Of a stretch of 64,000 nucleotides of DNA, positions 1 through 14,600 are shown in pieces. Each line of letters begins with the position of its first letter. Within the stretch, counting starts at the first letter, position 1. The notes beneath the pieces are model-generated. The model was given only the letters and a program-made list of their open reading frames with translations. It did no database searches and was not told the DNA's origin. Position numbers and translations under genes: made by a program. The stretch lies in contig NC_135253.1 of the NCBI RefSeq assembly GCF_964204865.1, positions 3,782,001-3,846,000 of the forward strand. The letters run 5' to 3'. Source of the DNA: Styela clava. Its lineage: Eukaryota.

Positions 1-1475
1 TCAATATAAAGACGGAAGAGGAATTGCGTAATGATCCAACGCAACTTAGTCTTTTCAGCATCGGTAAAGCGATTGAGACGGCAGAGAAACAACAATACGA
101 CGGGATTTTCCGTGTTTATTCTGCGCGAGATCCATTTTCTATTACAAAATCTTGATGTTCTGTTAGCGATTTTATCGTTATATATCTGTCCGGACTTGGC
201 ATTGCTCAATATGTTTTTCACAATGCCTCGCAATATGTCGGCCAAATATGATTACCTGTCTTTACCAAATGCGGCAACTTATTTTGATTTATCGTCGACT
301 CGAATACCACCGGCACTCGACCAAACTTGTGTCAATCTTGGCAAATAGGATTGTCGACTTGAGTTAGAAAAATAAATTAATATTTTCATGAGTGCAAAAT
401 AAATGTCACAAAATGCATTGTTTTGCGATATAACTTTGTATTTTCGGAGAAGGCATGTCATATAAGTACGGTATTTTGAATAATGCGCAAATAATTAATA
501 TTTGATCTAAATTTATCGCAAATAATGTTATAACTTTTAGGCAGCGAAATGATTCAATGTAAAATGAAGCATAGAATTCGGAATATCGTCAAAAAGTCGG
601 CATCAATAATTATTATAAAATGCTAACTAAGTAGTAAAGTCGGATATTGTAAAAAACGGTGAAATAACAAGTCTTCGTCGCGAGGCAAGCGAAAGTATAA
701 TCAAACGAGAGAATCCGCTTGTAGTTGATTAATAAATTAGCAACCCGGAATTTTTATTTAATACGAAAGTCGTATTAATACGTTAATACGATTTAAAAAA
801 AAGTGAACTATCGTTTCTTAAATATATTACCAGTGTTGGTAATGATAAAATTGATCGCATAAAATTTGGTGATGAAGTGGATAAAAAAAATCAAAGCTAA
901 TACAAAAGATAAAAATCAGAATAAAATGATTTTGAATTCACTCCCTGATATTTGTCTTTAACATCTGTCGCCGGCGTGTAGTACTGCCGGGAATATGAAA
1001 ACCAAACTTCGATGTCCCATTCGGATTAGAAGTGGATTAAATTGGTTGTTATGATAGGTTTAAATGTGTGAAAAAAATATCGCAATTACGGGGTCATTAC
1101 GTAATCGATTTGGCCGTAATTACGGAATTGATTTTTGTCAATTACGTGCAAGCCTACTCTCTCTCGTTTTATACCAGGTGGGCATCTTTCTTTACCATTC
1201 TACGCCAATCGAGCCAACGCAGCGCAAGTGGTACCAAGACAAAAAGTGTTCCTAGCGTTAAACACTACATGCCATTAGTTGAGGCCTACATAATTGGGCG
1301 AGTGAAAGTCACCACCATAGGTTTGCAAAACGAACTCTCCAATACTTATTGAAATACACCCAATGCATTGGTTTTCGTTGACCTCTTTTTCGAATCCTGC
1401 ATCGGTCCAGGTATATATTAGAATTTGCCAAACGAATGGCATGAATGATCAGTCAACGCCTATAGCTCTGTTAAA

Positions 1476-1532
1476 TTTATTAATTTTTTGACAGTGTTAA
1501 TCGAAATTATCCTTTCAACCTGCTAATTTATT
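1476..1532 (-). terminator. Candidate reticulon polyadenylation signals (AATAAA x2)
   Basis: tttatt on + at 1476-1481 and 1527-1532, about 270-330 nt after the stop codon. Confidence 0.5.
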
Positions 1533-1803
1533 ACTTTTACAAATGGGACAACAAGGTAAACAAGTAGTTTTAAAAACAGGACAAAATAAGGAAATATACA
1601 GTTACCAACGAAAAATACAAGAATGGTGGTGATGGGTAATTTGAAACAAGGTTTGCTACGTTTTTATACATATGTGACGCCATACATCTTGATACAAATC
1701 ATTGAATTCAGGGATAAATATATATGACGGCTTGATAACAAAAAATGATAATGCAATGAGTGGCATCAAGAAAAAAGTTGTGAGTTGGAAGTTCATGACA
1801 AAC

Positions 1804-2678
1804 TTATTGTGCCTTTTCTTTTTGAGCTTTCTTCGCTCCGGGAAGCTTAGCTTTGACGGTGGCGGTCAGCTCAGTAATCTTGGATTTAGCGATTCCTAAG
1901 TAGTTGTCAATCGGGGTTTGGTATTTTTCATAGAATATTGGTACCGTGAAAACAAGAATCACATCTAAAAGTAAAAACACAGTTTTGTTATTAGTCTCTC
2001 AGCTAGATACATATGCATGAAAAATCTCTCGAAACTATTATTCCTCCCTTGATATTTTCACCTTTAGGTAAAATTATTAAAAAGAAAATCCTTTTTTTTC
2101 ATAGCCTATTAGTCATAAGTAATGAATAAGCTTATTTTTTTCTATTTCTATATTTCATCATAATATTTTATCTTCAAATCATTTTGGTCTTTTTCCATCA
2201 AACCTGAACCTGCATTCAGTCTAGGACACCACATTGCTTTTTGCTCAGAAATTACAGCTATAAGTACGACCATCTTTAATTTTATCAGATGATTTTAGTA
2301 TAATAAATAACTTACCGATGATAAGGAGGGTTAGGCCATTGAAACATGCTCCCAGGTATGTTAGTAACCATAGGAAAACTCCAAGCTGTAAGAGATGAAA
2401 GGTTTTAGCTAACACAAACCAATTTCACAAAAGGAGACGAGATTTTTCTCAAGATCCGGCCAAAAAGGAACATGGCAGATGGCACCTCTGATACACATTG
2501 AAATTCAATATTGCAAGATACCTAAATTTAACAAAATACCTTCAGAGAGCTGATAGTGTTCTGGACAAGGAACAAGTTACGAGCTCCCGTCAGACAGCAA
2601 TTGATGTGACAGAGGGCTGAGTTTGTGTATTTCTGAATTCGATCTTGTGACAGAGTCACATCCATATCAAGAAGATCT
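1804..2678 (-). CDS. RTN: Reticulon RHD exons 2-4 (2540-2678, 2316-2385, 1804-1964) to stop
   Basis: Phase-consistent GT-AG exons encoding the rest of the Nogo-66-like loop, the second hairpin (FNGLTLLI) and the amphipathic helix; TAA at 1804-1806. Confidence 0.92.
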
Positions 2679-5600
2679 CTGTAAAAAAAAGGGTGAAAAT
2701 TGATAACCATATAACTTTACCATCAATGGAGTTACTCTTGTCAGTCATTTTGGGATAGTCAGTTTGCATAAGCGAAATCGAGAGTTCATGAAAACGCTGA
2801 AGCAAAAATTTATTAGTCCATGTAAAAAATCAATACACATAAAAATTCAAATAACCCAGAACTTACTGAAATGGATGTGGTTGTTGAGTGCCATTTAGTG
2901 TCTGCAGTACAATTTTGTACAATCTGAATGCCACAGTAACAGTAAGAAGTGCAAGGCCAGCATATGCTGCTACAGAAATGACGCTGTAACACACGAGTGA
3001 TACCAAAATCAAAAGAAGAAACGTGAACACAAACGCAGTCTTCTTCACATCGCGCCAGTAGATCAAATCCACAACTGTAATTGTTAAAATAATTGGAAGA
3101 TTAGAAGATGTAATAAGTGTGTACACTTTGGCAATTGAGAGTGTGAAAATTAAATCTATTGACTGTGTATTAAGACACAATGTTATCAAAATTTATTAGA
3201 AACCAACACAATAGTGAATTTAGCTATTTTGCCACTGCCAAAGAAAACATTTTATTGAACAAATACTCTTATTGATGTACAATCAAAGTAACTTTACAAG
3301 AAATCAAAATTGAACTTCAAAACAAGAACTAGAACAATATATAATATGTGGCAATGACTTAGAACTCAAATTCAAACAATAACAAGCCATTGCAATTTTG
3401 ACATTTTCAAAGATTTATTTTTTTATTTGCTATTATAAACTTTCACCTGTTCCCCTCCATCCTTAGAAAGCATGCAGGTGACAAAATAAAATAATTTTGT
3501 AAAATAAAAATATAAATAAAGAACTACCGGTAATCAAACAAACTTGAAAAAATAAAACTAAAAATCTCACAGAAGCATAAAACAAGAATATAAAAGCAAA
3601 GCCATTTTGTAACATTAGACTTTACACCCGATCAACCATATGCATGCATAACACATCTGCAAATTAGGACTACAACCAATGATACTTTAGTATGTATACA
3701 TTGGCCTGTTTTATATTTTCCATTTAATGACCCTAATCGACTATTATTTTGTTATCTTTCACCTACATACTTATTATTTAGTCTTTACAAGCCAGTTTTA
3801 ATGACACTTGACACAATATTGAGTGCCCTGATTTTTGACAATTGATGTTAGTCACTGCAAGAGCAGCTCAAGTTGAATGTTGGTTTGATTTACCAAAAAT
3901 GTTTCAGTATAAAATTTGAAAAGTAACTTTCGAAGATTGAAAATTAAGTAAATCTTACAAACTAATGATTTTTGTGTATCATCGATAGTGTAGTCAAAAT
4001 GACGGAAACAAAAGAAATTTCTGAATAAAGAACTGTGTCTGTCACTTCACGTCATCATCTTTAACCTCAATATTCCAAGGTTATTAATCAATAGTTGAGA
4101 GTGACATATCGAACGATAGGAACTAATGCTATGTTCTTATTATGACACATAACTTATACAATGTTTAAACACACGACAGTGGTTGATGGATATTTTGATT
4201 AAAATGCATTATCTGCAGCACCACTACACACATCACATTTGTAATATGAACTATTTTACTAATACCAATCTACGAGTCCTATATACCAAACAATCTAGAC
4301 TGGTGATTAATGTCTTTCTTTACTACAGTTCCATAAAATGAACATCAATAGCAAACCAATTCACCAGAACACCTACATATTTGTCTAGTATTTACTTACA
4401 TTTTAAAACCAATAAAATATGACTTTTTGTATCATTTCATTACAATTTAACTTTGATCTTTCAAATTGAGAATCATCCGCAACAAAACCATTCATACATT
4501 ACTTATTTAACATGCCGTGAATTTGAGAATATCAATAAAATTTAGAATCAGTGTAATCACTAATCTTGATAACTGTTGTATACTTGTATTCATGTTCATA
4601 TTTCAGGCACAGGCAGAAAACAGTTACACCAAAGCTAACTCACTAAGATAACTGGACTAAAATACTCATCACTGACATACAAAGTGATTGTTAAATTCTA
4701 CATGCTGATGGATGCTTGTATTCAACCAAAAATATAAGAACCTATTTCCACCTTATTTAATTTCTTGAGAAACTTGTTGCCAGAATTTTTATCTCAATTT
4801 AAGATATGGCACAAAAATACATCAGATTTTTCAAGAAATTCATCAGTGAATGGCTCTTATATTTGTGGTTGAAAAATGTAGCAAACAAGCTTAAATGATT
4901 CTGCAACTGAAAGCTAATGAACAGTAATTTAATCTTTGATCGTCTCATTGTGGAGTTACCTGGATCCTTATCACCCTCAACTGCATCTTTCTGTTCATCT
5001 GCTGAGAAATATGTGTCATAATAATTGAAAATATTAAAACTTAAAAACCAAATGAAATACAAGTCTTATTGACCAGGATTAAAATTGGAGTCAGCTATTA
5101 GGTAATGGTGGGTCTATAGCAAAGAATGTTGCCCAAAATGAGAATACATTTTTAGGGTGACAATGAAGAGCATTGCTCTATTCAAAAAATCACAGGGCAT
5201 AGATAGGCCTAGGTATCAAATTTCCAATACAATGGTACCAATATAATATTTCATTTGTTTACCGATGAGTTTTCAAATGAACAAAGTCAATAATTCAATT
5301 CACATATTTACTGTGTTTGAGGAATGGTAGATTACTGGAGATGATTTTAGCACAATACACTTGAAGATATTTGCTCCACATAAAGCTCCAAGACTAGGTA
5401 GTGACATTTATGTCTTTGCAATGTCATGTTCTCAACTACTATATGGCGTACCAATTTAATCTTCTTGACAAAAGAACTTAAAATAGGTGAAACATGACAC
5501 ATCAGTATAAGTTCCGCAAGTGGGTGAAATATATACATCAGGTAGTGTGGTTGTCAGTGTGAGTGGCATATCATAACAAACAAATCACCAAATGAAATAA

Positions 5601-8600
5601 TATCTTAACCTAACCAATCAGTAAAACGATCATCAAATGCAAAAACATTTAGTTCATTCCAAAAATTTAACTTCAGATTCTTTGTAAGATGGAAAATATA
5701 AAGTAGTTAGATATTTTGGAATTGTTTTCAAATTTTACCTTCACTTCTCAATAATTGAAAGACAACCACATAAAATATAAATTTCACGAAGGCATGGCCA
5801 CTTGCATTAACAGTTGCGTGAGGCAGCCAACATAAATAATTAAAAATAATATTCTTGAGCAAGCATCATATTCTACGTAACAACCTATTGTCAATCATAG
5901 CATCTTATGGTTTCATTTTTACTTCAAATAAAGCATGTGAAGAAGAATAATCAAACATCTTCTATGAGAGATATTTATACAAATTAGAATCTCAAGAACG
6001 CATGACAAAAAGCAACATTACATTCATTATAGTACAAGTCAAGCTATCCAATGAATGTAGTTTTGAAACACCCTCGACTATTTACAAGCACCAGGATCAA
6101 TGCCGATAGAAATGACAAAAAAAAAGGTAACAGAACATGGACAAGTAGAACAAATCGAAAGACGTGCATCAGAAAAGTGAAGTAAAACATCATTGTGAGT
6201 GCAAGGACGTGCAAAGCGATTCAGTGTTGTGGAATGTTGGAGGTACCTGACGCTGGAACATGAGACATTAGAGGAACCGATGGTTCTTTCTTCGGCTCAA
6301 TTTCCTCAACAGCTGGTGCAGGGATATCAGGCACCTTCTCATCTTTTATATCAGCGGATGGTACAGGTTCATGTACATCTTGCTGAATGTCTTCCTCATA
6401 CTCTTCAGATTTGACTTCAGGCTGCACCATCATTTGTGGTTCAGCCTCTGTAGGAAGTTCAGTATTCAAAAATTACCTACCACCAATTCACCCATTCGCT
6501 AATAAAGCATTCATTACTATCATTGTAACAGTAAATTAGAAGCAAAAGCCACCAAATACTATTACAGAATGATCACCACACAATTACCACAATACTACAA
6601 ACAGGCAAATGATCCTTAACCACACATTAAGTCAGAAAAAGATATGCAAGATTAAACTGCTTAAAACATTGAGCGAGGTTAACTTGTAGATTAAAATTAT
6701 TCACTTTAAGATGTTGGAGTTATCAACGTATTCACACCCAAAGTTAGCAAACAGTATCCAGCCAATGCGCATCCAATTGTTACCTTGTTGGAACTTTGGT
6801 TCATCAGGCTCTCCTCCCTCAATCTCAGTAACAGCAGGTTCCTGTTGATGTTCTTGTTCAGAAGACATGTCTACTTCTGATTTTTCACAGTCTTGTGGCT
6901 GCGGTTCTGAGTGACCACAGAATATAAAACTACTTCACGCTACACAACACTTATTGCAAATTATGATAACTAAAAATGGCGCATTTCCTGTCAAAACAGA
7001 TGAGTGATAGCTGCCGCATGCAACCTTTCCTTTTAGTTTAAAGCTGAATCAAATGGCATGACAAAGAAGTTGAATCATATAACATACCAAAGCCTCAATA
7101 TACAAACAGTGAGCTGGCACATTCTACATTCACCTTTCCAACTAAATGAGTTAAGCTTTGCAATGTTGCAATCACCAACTGATTTAAATGAAATCACAAA
7201 GAAGTTTAACATGAAACATTCCGGTTCATTAGGTTTATATAAATGACTCGTTAAGTCGCCGATGTACCGGCTTGATCCATGATACATATAAAAGTTGCTA
7301 TGCGTATTCATAACCTCACGCTAATGAATAATAAACCACCAACGCATTGATACATTTTGTTCAAGCGAAGAGCGTATTTATTCTACAAGCTAGTTTAAGA
7401 CACAGCAAATTAAACTTGAGTTATGCGAATTGCCAAAACGTAATAACCACCGAGTGCTTAAACTGTCACTGCATAAGCTGAGCGGAACACACGTGGGTGC
7501 TGCCTTCCACGTCGCAAGTTTATTTTAAGCCATCAAACGTACACGATGGAAAATATATAAACGTTGAACTGCACTGTCCACAACGCCAAGCTAAGTATAT
7601 CACATTCACAACAACACATTTCTCCGTTTCGCGCTTGACGTAGAGTAAATGAGTACGAAGAAAGCCGAAGGCACACACACGCGATTGGTCGCCGTCATTC
7701 GTCAGACGCAATACGAGACGGTTTCAACTTTCGAAATACGAAGACTAGCACATTACAAAGGCCTCACAAGCGAAGAACGGCTCGAATAATCACCTATAAG
7801 CGATGAAACAAAAACACAATCAACGCGGGAGCCGAAATTGGAGTGGTATTGATGAAATGCTATTTCGAACTGCAAAAAATATTGATACCGAAAAAGCACG
7901 AGCACAAAATAGCCTTTTCGGTAAAATAAGAAGTAACTATCTTGTTGCCCTTAACACTAATTTTGGATTTTTTTTTTTTAATTTTCCGATTCTGTTTTCG
8001 GTTAAGGCTAGTAGGATAAAAATAGAAGGTCGTGGCAATAATGTAACCTAATCAAACAAGACAGATTGGAAAATTACCGTAGTGGTGGGGCAATTACACA
8101 ATATCAAAAAAAAAAACCTCTTGTTAGATAGCGCGCAACAAGCATACTTGGCCGAGTACAATGGACCGGTTCCATTACATTTGAACCCACGTACATTTGA
8201 ACTTATGGCAATTGCACCCGTATGCTATTGCACCTAAGGAATTTTCTTTGTTTCACGGATAGTTAAACCCATACTAACCCTAACCCATGGGTTTTAGCAC
8301 CCGCATATAGATTGAACCCGTGGATATACACATGGGTTCAAATGTACGTGGGTTCAAATGTACGGTCACCCAATGGACCAATTATGCATCATGCCAACCC
8401 TTTTGGAACACGGTAAAACGCATTTTGTGTCCATTTAAATCTACCGGCCTTCGTTCGTTCGGTACCTCTAAATTCGTAGACAATGCTATATATACCATAT
8501 GTAGAGTTGTATTCAATGAAATATTATACAAAGAATGTTGCTACACGTATCGAATAGAACTTATTCCACAATTATATCGATTTGATGTAATTCGGGCGTA

Positions 8601-11600
8601 TTTCTGTTCGTCAACGTCACGTGCGAGGATTGCGACATATTTTACGATCCGGCTCCGTCGAGTACGTGATTTAGGGCAGCAAACGCGTTTAGTCATAACA
8701 ATCACGCTTGCTATGAATGCTACAAATATTTGATTAGACGAGTTCGTTGTCTCTCAGAGCTTGAGTCGCCCTGAATTTTGGATGATGTCGATTGTCGACA
8801 CTCATTAAACAAGTGTTTAATTTAACACAGCTCCGCAAATAAATATTTAGTAGACAATACAAACTAGGCACAAGCAAGGAAATCGGACAATTCATCCGCT
8901 CAGAAATTATGGAAAAATGACGGAGATTACAACTTCAGATCACTTGGACACTATTAAAAAATTCACTTGTTATCTTGACTTGGTATCTTCAAATTATAGG
9001 TTATTCACATAACAAATGAAAAAAAAACACTACGCGTGATTTTAACTCATTTCATCAATCATCATTTTGCCTTATTTTATTATTGCCTGATTCACTAGAA
9101 GAAAAGCGTTATTCACCGGGCAACAAATTTAACACACAATCTCATAATGAATTTTAAACTAAACGCTAAAGCGCAAGAGCTTCACAAAACTACAAGTAAT
9201 GAACAGATATTTATAAAGAAAAAAAATTAAATACGTCTTGGTTGTCATGGGAAACTATAATGGCCGAATCAAATGAAGCTATGGATGACACCGTGGTAGG
9301 AAAACTAAGTGAAGAAATATTCTATTGTTTTAATTCCACTCAGAGTTTTATTTCTTATTCCTAGAATAGGCAATCGAACAGGAATCACCATGTTTAGGTT
9401 CAAATATCTGAATCAAGTAGGACAGCGAAGGGACGCAACGCAATAATTTATTCCAGGCTAGTTCTTATTAATTATCCAATTCCCACGAGTACAAATTCAA
9501 GAAGTTCGTGGCCATGAGTTTGCGAGTATGAATAAAATGTTACCAAGAATGCAATAATGTTAACTGTAAGAAATCTTCGACAATGATTAACTATAGGTAG
9601 TTCACGCCTAACAAACATGATCTAATTGCATTCGGTCGATCGCAAGTATAGGAACCTGAAATATCGGTATTCCCGTAGTATGTGTACCAGGTGAGGGTTA
9701 GGCTATAATTTTATTCAGATTTTCCTTATTTTAGTTCTATTACGAGTTCGGTGCTGTCTGTGTTAGCCAAGTTTAATATACCCCCAGCCCATAGGTTTCA
9801 GTCTCTTTACACAACTTGATGTAAAGCAGGCAAACAAAATTAGTTACGTCATATTGGTACACATACTTCTGGAGCGCCGAAATATCTGTCGAATCGTGTT
9901 AAAGAAGTAACGTAGCATTCACGTATTTGAGATAAGCGTTCCTCGCTGTGCTGGAAATTCCAAGCGTGATATGTGTGTGATGTGACATATGCCGTTTATG
10001 ATGCAGTATGAATAAACTTTGAAGTAGAGTACACATGCCACGGAGCTAGTCCTAACTGACACGTTACTGACGATGGCATTCATGATCTTCACTGACAAGT
10101 ACGACACCACATGCAGCAGCATTTACATTGCTATTTGACGCATTAGGCACACACGGTCAGGTTACCTTCTTTAAAAGCCCTATCTTCCAAAATATCACTA
10201 TCCTGCAGTTGAGGTTTCGAATTCATATCGGACAAATTGTATGTTTCACGTGGTTCGAAACTTGCAGCGGGTGTAGGTTCAAAAGAAGCTAGACCGCCAC
10301 TTAAGCTCAATTCTGAAGCGAGGCTTCCATCAACTTCAGCAGCCGAATTACTTTCATACGTTGACGCACTTTGTGGTTGTAATATTGACGTGGGATCAGA
10401 CTGCGGCTGAGAGTGTCCCAACAAATCGCCAGTTTCTCCCTCTCCAAATCCAGCTTTGATGATTAAAAATATATAAAAAAAAATGGAGTAGGCCAAAAAC
10501 ACTCGTCGTTATGAAGCAGTATAAAATTTGTACCGGACACTGATAGTGGTCACTAACAGAAGCTTTGACAAAATAACAACGGTTTCTGGTCCAACGGTCT
10601 AATTGGACAAGACTTCCAATTCATTCGGTATATCGTTTACCTGTTTCGGAAGGGAGTTGCTCGTAGTAATCTCTGAGGTAACTTTCAGATGACATACTTC
10701 CCGTTTCGGTAGCTTATGGATTACAAGATGAAGAATGCAGCAGATATAAAACAAAGGACAGTATTGAAATAAATGTTTACAACGGATCACGAAAAGTTCT
10801 ATTTACCATATTATTTCTAAACTACATTTTAAAAATGTAAAATCGGAACACTGAATCAGAAACTAGAGAATTCACTATTTCACATCACATGTTTGTTCTC
10901 AATTTTCTGGTCATATTAACTAACGAACAACGCTAATAAAACGGTCGATTTGCAGATAAACTTCGAACTGGATCAGACCACAAACACTCAACTTTATTAC
11001 TAAAGTACGCCGGATTACTAGGAACTGGATGAAACTGCATAAATAATCTAGTTTAAAACAGATACTTAGACAACAGCGCATACAGATAACGTCGAGACAG
11101 CCCCTTGTTCATATAAAGTCTTTTAGAAACAAGCAGCACGTCACTCATAAATATTTCAGCAAGCTATGTCGTAACTTCCAAATCGTTCACAACAGGTGGG
11201 GAACGTATTCCCAAGCAAGCGGCATATCAGTCACTGTAAAATTAAGCGATCAATTCCCCGGTCTACATGCGAGAAAGAAACCTGGCCTTGGCGGTATAAT
11301 TTTTTTCTCTCATGCGACGGTCTCGCGATCGATCAGTTTTGCATTATGCATGCCATCTAATAATTTCCAACAATTTTATGCCCTTGGTTAAAAATAACAA
11401 ATTCTGACGGAATCCAATACTATTGAAACCAAATACAAAATAATGGAATATAAATTGTGATCAAGTTGAAACATTCACCACGGTGCACTGAATACAGGAC
11501 ATTATTGCACCAGAATATCGGTGGCTCGCTGTGGTATACGACAATATTCAACCTTAAAGAATAAATACCGGTAATATATCGCTATGTGGCACACTTATAC

Positions 11601-14600
11601 ACATTTTAACATAACACAACAAAGTACTCCAGGTTCACGGATTACTAGATAAAAGTGCGTCGTCAATAGCACAACCTTCACAAACAATTGAACAGTTGAA
11701 ATTTCCACAAGGCCGTACGACAGCAGATATTTCTTCTTTTTGTTTGGTCGGGGCAGATCTGCCACATGTCAAATCCGTGGTGGGTTCTTCTGTGACAGGT
11801 GAAGACGAGTGTGAGTCTACGAAGTTTGTATCATCAACTGATACAGACTCGTTCCAATCCATTCCTGGCAAAGAAGCAACCTCTACTCTGGTCGATACGT
11901 CGTCAAAGCAATCACGTGAACTGTCATTCGAAATACGGCTCTCAGATTCTCGAAGTTTGCGCGGTATCGACAGAAGAAATTCTGTCTCTTCTCTATTTTC
12001 GTCGGGGGATAATTGACGAATATTGCAACAGGACGTTGGTCCATCAAGACTATCAGTATGCTCTTCGTCAGGACAATTAATATTGTTGCTTTTGCTCGTA
12101 GTCGCCATAGTCACTAATCCAAGCAATTGGTTCAAACTCAGCAGCCAACCGTTAAAATAGTGATATTTCGTGTTTACTGCAAAAATTGTGCCGAATCACG
12201 AAAGGAAAACGCCCCGGCCGACGATTACAACAAATCTAGGCGCATCCGCTCATGAAATATTCATCCAGTCCCAACCAAATCATGAGAGTCGCGCCGGACA
12301 AAATGAAATATACAATAACAAGATGTTGAGTTACAAGTTTTTGAAATTCAAATCCAATCCAAAAGTTCAAATTGAGTGCATCTATCTATAGCTATGACGA
12401 ATAATAAAGCTGATAAAGCACGATTATGGTAACGGAACAAAATTGCAATCATGCAAAATAGAATATTTAAGGTTGGGAAAATAAGTGTTCTAAAAGGGAA
12501 TGAATTGTAGTTTTGTTCCTCCTACAGTTAATTCAAAACTTTGGCTTGTCGCACAGTGTGGAATTGGTCACTAACTTTCTGGCGAAAGACATAATTTAGT
12601 AATCACCATTTAACATCCAGGGAGATTTAGACCACGAAATTTGCAATCAAAGTGACAAGGATTCATGTCACTCTTTCTCCTAATGCATTATTTCTTGTAT
12701 GTCAGCTTTGAATTACCACTAGCTAACTTATGTCCACCTTTAAACACATTCCCAATAATGAGAATACTGCACTTTCTGCAATTAAACTTCGATATATATG
12801 AACCTTAAATACCCATTAAATTTACCTGAAATACCTATTTTCAAGATTGGCAGGGATGTCCTATGAGGGTGTCAATGACATGAACTACTTTTCTATCTTC
12901 AAATATCACAATCTGCTTTGAGAATGGCCTGTTTGTAAGTCCATTAAGACTCAAGATGATTGGGTGAAGAAAGCAGGGGCAAATTAATAGAACATGTGCA
13001 GACGCATTGGTCCAAATAGGTGGGCGAGGAACAAATGAGAAATGTGAGTGATCTAATCCAAGTACAAGGTTATAAATGTCATTGGTGTAATTTGATATAC
13101 TTTGTACGTGACCAGCAAATGTAATTGTAAACTGGAATAATGTTGTCTGATAAGTTACTCCAAAACAATAACTTTATTTTATAAAAAAGCCAATGCGTTT
13201 GTCTGGTATTACAATGGCATATTAGTAAAAAACTTACCATTTATATGTTATTAATCAATAACATTGAAAACAAAGATACAGCCTTACAATTGTGCAAGTT
13301 GTTCCAAAGTGAAAGAATCAATACAAAAAAGGAACAAGAACTGTAGTTAATCGAACTGCTGAAGGCCAAACAAGTCCAGGAAATGACCTCAGGTAAGTAA
13401 TAATGAACTCGAGAAACCTTGGAAAGGACCGATTCAGCTCGTTTACACAACAATGACATTTTGCTACATAAGACTGTATTGTTTACATTACCAACTATAA
13501 ATCGACATGGCGTTGGTATACCTTTCTATCATACACGATACATCAGTATCAATAAAATTAAAACTTTGTCTTAAAAACGATGGAAAACCAAGAAGTAACA
13601 TAAACCATAAATCTTTTCATAAAAAAGCAAAAAGAATATACAATCAAAATGCACATTGCATTCCATTGAATCCACAACCATGAGACAAAATCATCATATG
13701 AATGATTATCTTCACTTTTTAGTAATTACGAACTCTCACTCATTTCTAAACTATATATCTACACATGCAAAAACTAAGATACCGCTAATTAGAGGGTTAA
13801 AATCGACACATTAACTTACCTCTTGGGTCAATTTTATCAATCAATCTTCCTTCTGCATAAAAATATGAAAGTGACTTTATTACATTTAATGTTAGTTGAT
13901 AAAGTATGCAAACAAATAGAAACTTTACACCTAATTAATGAGATTGGCAGTCTGTACATAATAGATATCAAGTTGAAACCATGGCCCTAAGAATACCAGC
14001 ACATCGGCCAATTGACAGAGTAAAAGTAATTTTCAGTTGAGTTTTTTTTACCAATAATAAGGACCATTAGAGCCCTACATAAGCAGCCTTTAAAGACCAA
14101 GAAACACGACACACTATGATACTTTTAGTAGTTCAAAGTTAAATCGAATTTTATTAAAAAGAGAGAATGATCAAAGTGTTGATAGAAAATATCAATGCTG
14201 ACTAGTTTTAAATATTCTATTACCTAAGCAATTGCTATGAGTATGTATAATAATACTCCTGGGACCTTCGTTAGGGCAAACAGATATTATTTATAGTACC
14301 AGCTGGTGTTTCAGTATGCACTGGAAGTTCTTCAATATCTTCTCTAGGTATATCACCTGCACCCTCATCAAGAGTCGCATCCTCATCATTTACTAAATAA
14401 AATAATTGTTTCAAAATTAAATTTCAATTGAAAATACCTTCATCTCTGATAAAGTCGAAAATCATCTGCAGGGATGCTCAAATAGTTTACTTCAAAGAAA
14501 GTTTAAATAAATGCCTATCACTTAAAAATGGAATATTAAATTGAGGAACCCAGATACCGTGACACCTCTCAACCATTCAACAAGCATCAGTTCAAGACAG

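Noticed and set aside
31-348. 105-aa plus-strand ORF and the open antisense frame at the window start
   Set aside because: No recognisable domain or clear exon boundaries. It could belong to a gene beyond the window edge, but that cannot be supported here.
8320-8733. Remaining 60-140 aa ORFs (e.g. 8320-8733, 25643-25999, 50489-50875, 27206-27487)
   Set aside because: They are antisense or alternative-frame shadows of real exons, or chance ORFs spanning repeats, with no motifs.
13238-13459. 72-aa ORF and a strong donor (ATG|gtaagt) in the reticulon intron
   Set aside because: The phase-1 frame has a stop just upstream and the ATG would be phase 0, incompatible with the downstream exons. At most a non-coding exon.
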